Of a stretch of 32,000 nt of DNA, positions 9,416 to 15,942 are shown piece after piece. The notes under the pieces were generated by a model. It was not told the DNA's origin, did no database searches, and saw only the letters and a list, made by a program, of their open reading frames with translations. Positions within the stretch are counted from its first letter, which is position 1; each line of letters opens with the position of its first letter. The position numbers and the translations under genes are program-made. The stretch spans positions 27,167 through 59,166 of the forward strand of contig CAYMWF010000014.1 in assembly GCA_964394085.1 (NCBI GenBank). The letters run 5' to 3'. This DNA is from an uncultured Gemmatimonadota bacterium (GTDB taxonomy: Bacteria > GCA-2686955 > CAYMWF01).

Positions 9416-10191
9416 AAATAGCCGTTTGCGCAAAACAAGTACCTGATTCAGAGGTGAAGGTCGAAATTCAGGATGGGAAAATCCAGGATCAAGACTTCAC
9501 TTACATTGTTAACCCATACGATGAATTCGCGGTGGAAGAAGCGCTGAAGATCAAAGAGGCGAAAGGCGATGGTGAAGTGACCGTGTTCACAATCGGCGGC
9601 GAACGAGCCAAAGAAGCAGTAAGAACATGCCTGGCCATGGGTGCCGATAAAGCCGTATTGATAAATGATCCGCTTCTTGAGAATACTGATTCGAACGGTC
9701 GAGCCCTGGCGCTCTCGAAGGCGATCGGAAACGGCGGTTACGATCTGGTCATCTGTGGGAAACAGGCGATCGATCTCGATGACGCCCAGACCGGTATCAG
9801 GTTGGCTGAAAAACTCGGCTTCGCACATGCCGGGTCGATAAACAAGCTTGAATGGGCGGACGATTATTCCGGGTTCAATGCCCACAGGGATATCGAGGGC
9901 GGTACTGAAGTTTTGAGTGCATCGCTCCCTGCAGTCATCGTGGCCACGAAAGGGCTGAACGAACCGCGATACGCTTCTCTCAGAGGTATAATGATGGCTA
10001 AGCGGAAACCGATCGAAGAGGTGGATGCGGCGGGTCTTGAACTTTCGGAAGAAGATCTCAAGCCCAAAGTCTCGCAGGTCAGCGTGGCGAAACCCCCGGA
10101 ACGGAAGGCGGGCATAACCGTGACCGGTGATGCGGATGAAACAGTGCCGCAGCTCATGGATTTTCTCAAGAACGAAGCAAAGATTATATAG
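9412..10191 (+). CDS. etfB: electron transfer flavoprotein beta subunit
   Basis: Starts 'MKIAVCAKQVPD' with an EtfB-like fold pattern throughout. An AGGAGG RBS is present and the ATG overlaps the rnc TGA (ATGA). Confidence 0.9.
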   Translation: MKIAVCAKQVPDSEVKVEIQDGKIQDQDFTYIVNPYDEFAVEEALKIKEAKGDGEVTVFTIGGERAKEAVRTCLAMGADKAVLINDPLLENTDSNGRALALSKAIGNGGYDLVICGKQAIDLDDAQTGIRLAEKLGFAHAGSINKLEWADDYSGFNAHRDIEGGTEVLSASLPAVIVATKGLNEPRYASLRGIMMAKRKPIEEVDAAGLELSEEDLKPKVSQVSVAKPPERKAGITVTGDADETVPQLMDFLKNEAKII

Positions 10192-10237
10192 ACAAAAAAA
10201 CGTTAATACCCCGCCCGGGTGGGGTAAGGAGATAGTA

Positions 10238-11221
10238 ATGAGTGTGAAGATACTGGTTTTCGCTGAAGTAAGGAATGGAGAGATAAAGAAAGCCGCTTTC
10301 GAAGCCCTCGGCGTTGCGGGAAAGGTCGCAGGTGAAGCGGGAGGTTCCGTGGCGGCGGTGATGATCGGTTCCGGCATCGATGGTCTGCACGGCGAACTCG
10401 CGGGTTATGGAGGGACGGAAGTATTCGTCTCGGATAATCCTGTATTGAAAGACTACTCACCGGATGGATATGCTTCGATCATTGCTCAGGTCGCGGGCGA
10501 ACAGGGACACAGCATCATCATGGTGCCTGGTACCGCGATGGGCAAGGATCTGGGGCCTCGCGTGGCGGCCAAGCTCGAAGCAGGTATGGTCAGCGATTGC
10601 ATCTCCCTGGAGTTTGCGGATGGCGAAGTCGTTTATGAACGCCCGGTTTTCGGTGGAAAAGCCGTTGGAAAATACAAGCAGACGGGCGGCGCGCATATCG
10701 TTGCGGGTCTACGACCCAACGTTTTCCCGGTTCCCGATAAAGACGGATCAACGGATATTGCAAAAACCGATGTCCAATTGGATATCGCGGAAGATAAACT
10801 TCTCGCGAAAGTGACTGAAATTCTAAAACCTGAAAGTGAACAGCTCGATGTCACGGAAGCATCAATCGTAATATCAGGCGGCAGGGGGATGAAGGAGCCC
10901 GGCAACTTCAAGATAATCGAAGAACTTGCCGAACTGCTTCAAGGCGCTGTCGGAGCATCCCGAGCGGCCGTCGACGCCGACTGGATCCCTCATGCAAACC
11001 AGGTAGGTCAGACAGGTAAAGTGGTAACACCCGACCTTTATATCGCATGCGGCATTTCAGGCGCAATTCAGCACCAGGCTGGTATGCGCTCGTCGAAATA
11101 CATCATAGCTATCAACAAAGATCCTGACGCACCGATATTCAAGCTCGCGGATTTTGGCATAGTCGGTGATCTGTTCGAGGTTTTGCCGAAGATCAAAGAG
11201 CAGATTGAAGGGCTCGGTTGA
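10238..11221 (+). CDS. etfA: electron transfer flavoprotein alpha subunit
   Basis: ATG at 10238 preceded by AAGGAG. Starts 'MSVKILVFAEV' and carries the C-terminal FAD-binding signature 'DLYIACGISGAIQHQAGM'. The upstream extension to 10127 overlaps etfB and was discarded. Confidence 0.9.
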   Translation: MSVKILVFAEVRNGEIKKAAFEALGVAGKVAGEAGGSVAAVMIGSGIDGLHGELAGYGGTEVFVSDNPVLKDYSPDGYASIIAQVAGEQGHSIIMVPGTAMGKDLGPRVAAKLEAGMVSDCISLEFADGEVVYERPVFGGKAVGKYKQTGGAHIVAGLRPNVFPVPDKDGSTDIAKTDVQLDIAEDKLLAKVTEILKPESEQLDVTEASIVISGGRGMKEPGNFKIIEELAELLQGAVGASRAAVDADWIPHANQVGQTGKVVTPDLYIACGISGAIQHQAGMRSSKYIIAINKDPDAPIFKLADFGIVGDLFEVLPKIKEQIEGLG

Positions 11222-11255
11222 TCCTTGTTCAACAAGTGTTGATCTGAATCATGCA

Positions 11256-11300
11256 GGAGGGGGAGCGCTCTACCCAACCGAAACGAAGGGTTCCCCCTCC
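11256..11300 (+). other. GC-rich 9-bp inverted repeat (hairpin) downstream of etfA
   Basis: GGAGGGGGA (11256-11264) is the exact reverse complement of TCCCCCTCC (11292-11300), with a 27-nt loop. No U-tract follows on either strand, so it is not a classical terminator. Confidence 0.5.
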
Positions 11301-12194
11301 AGTCGACCTCATTCCGGAACAGCCGGTGTGTGAATGGTTGTTTGAGAATCGAATACCCGCCTCGTATTGTTTCATCAGGGCGTCTTCATAAGCTCCCCTC
11401 GTACGAGCTCTTTGCGATGCGCAGAACTGATTATATATCAGGAGGATATAGAAGCATCGCAAATCGATTTACCCCATATTTCCACCATGTTTATTGAACA
11501 TACGGCAGCGGTTTCTGTTCGAGTCGGGAAATTGACCCCATGGATACCGGCACGCTCCAGGCGGTGAGGGAGCGTCTTCCCTTCTCCCTGTTTCCGTAAA
11601 GTTGCTTTTCAACCAGGTTCAGAAGATTCGAAAGGAACATGTGTTCCTGAAAAACTCTTGTCCGAACCCCTCCCGGATGACTCCGCTATATCCGCCTGTC
11701 GGAAAGACGCTCCCTCATCGACTCCACGGTGACGGGAACTGGGTAGGGAAACTCTGTAACATATTGAAGTTGTTGCTGGAATTTGGTGGTTGGAAAAAAT
11801 AATATGGCAGCCTGAACTACAAAACCAAACTACCGGATTGGCCGGTAGAAGGAGGGAGAATCAGAATGAGCTGATGAGGAGTCTGGTCAAATCAGCTGCA
11901 TAGATTGAAGACAAAAGCAACGGAGGTCAAGCCGGAGAGAGAAACCTGTACCAAACACCACTATACATCATGATAAATGATACGTCTCCAATATTGTGAA
12001 CTTCAATATCCATGTCGCACTCATCGAATAAGCTGCAATACCGGGGAAAGAGATGACTCCCTGGATAAATCCCTTAAAAAACACCTGCAGCGCAAATAGC
12101 TCCGTACAGGTAAACCTTGACATATCCATTCAAAACTTGCGGCTTGATCAATTACAGTCGGCCAAGTCGACTTGATTTCGAGTGAACCAGGATA

Positions 12195-12521
12195 TCAATT
12201 CATGTGGAAACGACGGATGTTGAACGGAAGAGAATCATCGGTAACCGACTGAAAAGGGTCATTCTCATGAATCATTTCATCCGGTCGCCTATCCCGAAGT
12301 TTATTTTCAGGCGCTTGTCCCTGCCACACATCGGCCATGATCTGTTTGATGCGTCCCGAGAGAAAAATCCGGATTTTACGGTAATTCCTTTCAGGAGCTC
12401 GGGCCGGTGCCGGCTGGGGTAAAAAGCAGGAGGTAACAGCAATAGCAAGAAGAGACGGAAAAAACAACGGAACGAATATCCATGAAAGATATTTGTTCTG
12501 TGCATGCATGCTCGTGTTCAT
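12195..12521 (-). CDS. small hypothetical protein with N-terminal signal peptide or membrane anchor
   Basis: 108-aa ORF. GAGGA lies 7 nt upstream of the ATG (minus strand ...GCTGAGGAAAACTGATG). There is a hydrophobic N-terminus 'YLSWIFVPLFFPSLLAIAVTSC', then a Pro/Arg-rich hydrophilic tail. A sigma54-type element sits about 45 nt upstream. I recognise no family. Confidence 0.4.
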   Translation of the reverse strand: MNTSMHAQNKYLSWIFVPLFFPSLLAIAVTSCFLPQPAPARAPERNYRKIRIFLSGRIKQIMADVWQGQAPENKLRDRRPDEMIHENDPFQSVTDDSLPFNIRRFHMN

Positions 12522-12563
12522 CAGTTTTCCTCAGCACCCTGTCTCTTTTACCGTGTTAGAATA

Positions 12564-12580
12564 TTGCAACTGGCATGCCG
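12564..12580 (-). promoter_or_regulatory. sigma54-type -24/-12 promoter candidate
   Basis: The minus strand reads CGGCATG-CCAG-TTGCAA, against the consensus TGGCACG-N4-TTGCW. The GG and GC dinucleotides have the correct spacing. It points at the small ORF whose ATG is at 12521. Confidence 0.35.
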
Positions 12581-12939
12581 GAAGAGGAACGAGGTCAAGT
12601 TATGCTGTAATGCAATGATTTAAAATACGTTACGGAGAATTCGTTTAATCGCCGGGTTCATTTCCCCTGGGTGAATTGCAGATGTCAATGCATAATGCAC
12701 TATCACCCGATAACATCCTGGATGGGTCTTTTACCGCAGAAGGCTGGGTGAAACAGCCCATGCAAACCGGTTCTACCCCGGTTTGTGAGAGCGGTTTCAC
12801 ATTTGTGGATCGCGTAACCCACTTATTTACCAATGATTAAACATTCCTTAACCACTTTCTTCAGACATGTGGTATACAATTTGCACAAACTCGAGCTAAG
12901 TTGAATACTATGGGATAGTTGCCCGATGGGGAGAGCCGA

Positions 12940-13593
12940 ATGAAAATGAGAAAATTAATCACCACCTGCTTCGCCCTGATCCTTCTCCTTCCGAATGTAT
13001 CTTTGTGTGCCAACGGCGATTATGAAATTCAGGGTGGAGACAGGCTTTATATCGAAGTAATGGATCATACGGAATTGAGTAAAAGCGTAACAGTAAGACC
13101 GGATGGCAAAATATCTTTTCCTCTCATCGGGGATATCTATGCCCGCGGTTTCACTGTAACGCACCTGCAGGAAGTGCTGACGGAAAAACTCGCAGATTAT
13201 GTCCGAGGTACTCACGTCACGGTATTCGTCGAAAGATTTTTCTTCAGCCATGTGCTCGTACTCGGTGCCGTAAAGAATCCAGGCCCGCTTGAAATTTTCG
13301 GTCCTGTGGATGTCATCCAGGTACTGGGAATGACCGAATCGGAAGACAGGGAACCGAAGCGCATCAGGATAATTAGGAAAAATGGAGATGTTACGACGGT
13401 GAGCCTCACCTCCGTGTGGAAGCAGGGGGGTGTGATACAGCACCGGGAAGATTTGCTTCTGCATCCCGGGGATACAATGATCGTTTACGAGAATACGAAA
13501 CTCACCTGGGAGATGATCATGCGTGTAATTATTCTAACGACATTCTTTATGACTGCCTACAATTTCACATATACAGTTACAACCCGCGATTAA
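12940..13593 (+). CDS. polysaccharide export protein (Wza/OPX-like: Poly_export plus SLBB)
   Basis: Signal peptide 'MKMRKLITTCFALILLLPNVSLC'. Poly_export pattern: 'YEIQGGDRLYIEV...VTVRPDGKISFPLIGDIYARGFTVTHLQEVLTEKLADYV'. An SLBB-like segment follows ('VLGAVKNPGPLEI') and there is a C-terminal hydrophobic helix. The ATG at 12940 is preferred over the TTG at 12919. Confidence 0.85.
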   Translation: MKMRKLITTCFALILLLPNVSLCANGDYEIQGGDRLYIEVMDHTELSKSVTVRPDGKISFPLIGDIYARGFTVTHLQEVLTEKLADYVRGTHVTVFVERFFFSHVLVLGAVKNPGPLEIFGPVDVIQVLGMTESEDREPKRIRIIRKNGDVTTVSLTSVWKQGGVIQHREDLLLHPGDTMIVYENTKLTWEMIMRVIILTTFFMTAYNFTYTVTTRD

Positions 13594-13622
13594 ATTGAAC
13601 TTCAGATCAGAGGTGAAAAACC

Positions 13623-15758
13623 ATGACAGAAAAGACTGACAGAATGAAGAGAATCAAGGAGTTCCTGCCGGAACGAGGTGGAGAGGCGGCATCCGCGCCT
13701 AAAGATACACCTTTCGACATCCGGCAGTACTACTCGGTTCTCATGCGGCGGAAAGGGCTGATACTCCTGGTAACGGCACTTTTCTGTTTCGTATCGATTT
13801 ACCATTCACTCAGCAATGTTCCGGTATACCAGTCCACGGCAAAGCTGCTCCTCGAGTCCGGGGGCGGGCTGGTGGTTCTCAACCAGAAGCTGACCTATGT
13901 GCCGGGGTACTCGATGAACACATTCATCGAAATTATGAAATCTCCGATGGTGCTCGGTAAAATAATCGATCGGCTGAACCTGGATATGACACCCAAGCAG
14001 CTGTTGAACCATGTCCAGTACCAGCCGAATCAGAATTCGAACATTCTGAGCATATCAGTAACCCATCCTGATGACAGGTTGGCCAAGGGCATTGCCCAGA
14101 CCGCAGCCGAGCTTGCCGTGGAAGAAGTCAATAACATCTATAACGCTTCCACTACCAACGCATACAATACAATCAATGAGCAGCTCGAAATAACCAAGGT
14201 CCAGTTGATGAAGGCCGAGGAGAGCATCAAAGAATTCCTCGCATCGAAGGGTTACAGGAATATCAAGAGCGAAACGACTGCCAAGCTCTCCCGTCTGGCC
14301 AACCTTACCTCCCGATACAACGATTCAAGGGTCGAGATGAACACCAATTCCAAAGTGCTGGAATACCAGCGGACGACACTTGAAGAAACGCCGGATCTCA
14401 TTCTTAAGGAACAGACGATTACAACGCCAATCCAGATGGAAATCGTCAAGCTGGAGACCGAGCTGGCCAAGAGTCGGATAAGCTATTCCGAAAACCACCC
14501 CAAGGTGCAGTCTCTCGTCGGTAATATCGAAGCCCTGAGAGAGCTGATCGGAAACGGAGTCGAAGATGATCTGACCGTGGAAACGGTTGGTGAAAATCCG
14601 GTGAAGCAAGCACTGCTGAATGAGATTAACCTGCGGAAGTCCGAACAGGTGCAGTCTCATGCAAGACAGACTGAGCTTGCACGGTTGATCGATGAGGTCG
14701 AGTCAAGGTTGAGAAACGCACCTTCCGATGAATTGACCCTCGCCCGCCTCGAGCGTGAGAAAAAAGGACTCGAGAATACGTACTTCTCGCTTCTGTCTAA
14801 ATTCGAGGAAGCGAGAATGATGAAAGATACATCCGCCGGCAACCTGAGCATTCTCGAAGAGGCGGATCTCGTCGGCCCCATCCGTGACAATATTTTCGTC
14901 AACCTGCTGTACGCACTTATCCTCGGGCAGATCATCGGAGGGATCCTGGCGGTAATAATCGACACCCTCGACCCGAGAATCAAGTTCAGCTCCAAGATCG
15001 AGGATTCTCTCGGGATACCCGTCCTGGGTCTCATTCCCGATTTGAGAGAAGATGAGCGTTTCGTAAGGTTCGATTCACCGAAATCGAGGATTACGGAAGC
15101 TTACCATATAATAAAATCGAACATCAATAACGCCATGCCGAAAGACCGGGCATGGACCCTCATGGTGACAAGCGCCTTCCAGGGTGAAGGCAAAACGCTC
15201 ATGAGCACCAACCTGGCTACCGCGATGGCGCTTACCGGCAAACCGACCGTACTTATCGATGCGGATATGAGACGCACCTATCTCCATGAGCGCTTTAAAC
15301 TTCAAAAACATGGTGGTCTGTCGGAATATCTCTTAGGCGAGGCAGGGCTCGAAGATATACTGAAAGACACGGATGTCCCCAGCCTGAAAGTCATTACAGC
15401 GGGCAGAAAACCTCAGAATCCGGCTCAATTGCTCCATTCACCCGAGATAACCAGGCTCTTCGAAGATCTGATCAAGCGAGGTTACTATGTAATAGTCGAC
15501 TCACCGGCTCTTCTGCCGATTGTCGATTCATCCATCATGGCAACATACGTAGACGGTGTAATACTGGTATTCAAAGAAGAATCCACCAGGAAATACACCG
15601 CACAGAAGACGATTGAAAGAATGGTTCGGATCGGTGCGAACATCACCGGCTCGATTTTAAACCAGGCTTCAATCAAGGGATACGGTTACTATTACTACTA
15701 CGGATACCGGTATGGGTACGACTATGGGTATTCCGAAAAAATGGAAACCGGCGCCTGA
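13623..15758 (+). CDS. polysaccharide co-polymerase / bacterial tyrosine autokinase (Wzc/GumC/ExoP-like PCP-2a)
   Basis: Two TM segments ('GLILLVTALFCFVSIY', 'FVNLLYALILGQIIGGILAVII') flank a long coiled-coil periplasmic region (Wzz/GNVR-like). The cytoplasmic P-loop has Walker A 'SAFQGEGKT' (GEGKT at 15183-15197), A' 'VLIDADMRR' and B 'YVIVDSPALLP'. The C-terminal tyrosine cluster is 'YGYYYYYGYRYGYDYGY' (15681-15731). Confidence 0.9.
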   Translation: MTEKTDRMKRIKEFLPERGGEAASAPKDTPFDIRQYYSVLMRRKGLILLVTALFCFVSIYHSLSNVPVYQSTAKLLLESGGGLVVLNQKLTYVPGYSMNTFIEIMKSPMVLGKIIDRLNLDMTPKQLLNHVQYQPNQNSNILSISVTHPDDRLAKGIAQTAAELAVEEVNNIYNASTTNAYNTINEQLEITKVQLMKAEESIKEFLASKGYRNIKSETTAKLSRLANLTSRYNDSRVEMNTNSKVLEYQRTTLEETPDLILKEQTITTPIQMEIVKLETELAKSRISYSENHPKVQSLVGNIEALRELIGNGVEDDLTVETVGENPVKQALLNEINLRKSEQVQSHARQTELARLIDEVESRLRNAPSDELTLARLEREKKGLENTYFSLLSKFEEARMMKDTSAGNLSILEEADLVGPIRDNIFVNLLYALILGQIIGGILAVIIDTLDPRIKFSSKIEDSLGIPVLGLIPDLREDERFVRFDSPKSRITEAYHIIKSNINNAMPKDRAWTLMVTSAFQGEGKTLMSTNLATAMALTGKPTVLIDADMRRTYLHERFKLQKHGGLSEYLLGEAGLEDILKDTDVPSLKVITAGRKPQNPAQLLHSPEITRLFEDLIKRGYYVIVDSPALLPIVDSSIMATYVDGVILVFKEESTRKYTAQKTIERMVRIGANITGSILNQASIKGYGYYYYYGYRYGYDYGYSEKMETGA

Positions 15759-15789
15759 TTTATTTGAGTTCTCGATATTACACCTGTTA

Positions 15790-15819
15790 GTTCCGGTTTC
15801 CTTCGGTGGAAACCGGAAC
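15790..15819 (+). terminator. perfect 12-bp hairpin between the Wzc-like gene and the FliG-like gene (possible attenuator, partial terminator or RNA-processing site)
   Basis: GTTCCGGTTTCC (15790-15801), loop TTCGGT, GGAAACCGGAAC (15808-15819). It is the strongest stem I saw in the window. No U-tract follows, so its function is uncertain. Confidence 0.4.
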
Positions 15820-15942
15820 AAGTTATTGATAAAAGAACAGGGTCACACCAAATTGGGATTCGTCGCAAAGCGATCAAACAATTGAATTGAATACGAAATT
15901 TCTGTAGGATGCGGTTTGATCGCTGAATTCACGGGAGGAAAT

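Noticed and set aside
10127-10237. 5' extension of the etfA ORF, and likewise 7294-7338 for fabF
   Set aside because: The extensions overlap or abut the upstream genes, are compositionally odd (Arg/Lys/Cys-rich) and lack family similarity. Internal ATGs with good RBSs (10238 and 7339) match the conserved family N-termini.
9448-10377. 309-aa minus-strand ORF antisense to etfB/etfA
   Set aside because: It is the mirror frame of a confidently identified gene. Its sequence is low-complexity and Arg/Pro/Phe-rich, with no recognisable family or RBS. It is a typical antisense artefact.
11869-11897. Possible hammerhead ribozyme, because of a CUGAUGAG box (11871-11878) inside a 7-bp hairpin
   Set aside because: The rest of the catalytic core is missing. 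There is CAAA instead of GAAA after the putative stem II, no convincing stem II, and no stem III or cleavage-site context.
12204-12422. 72-aa plus-strand ORF overlapping the small minus-strand ORF
   Set aside because: It has no RBS and no recognisable features. The minus-strand partner has an RBS, a signal-like N-terminus and a promoter-like element, so it is the better call, although it is still uncertain.
12742-12784. Tandem hairpins upstream of the EPS genes as a c-di-GMP (GEMM-type) riboswitch
   Set aside because: Only superficial resemblance was found (a GAAA-containing loop and a GCAAAC segment). The conserved GEMM-I/II junction sequences could not be aligned. They also lie upstream of the best sigma70-like promoter. 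An Rfam scan is needed to settle this.
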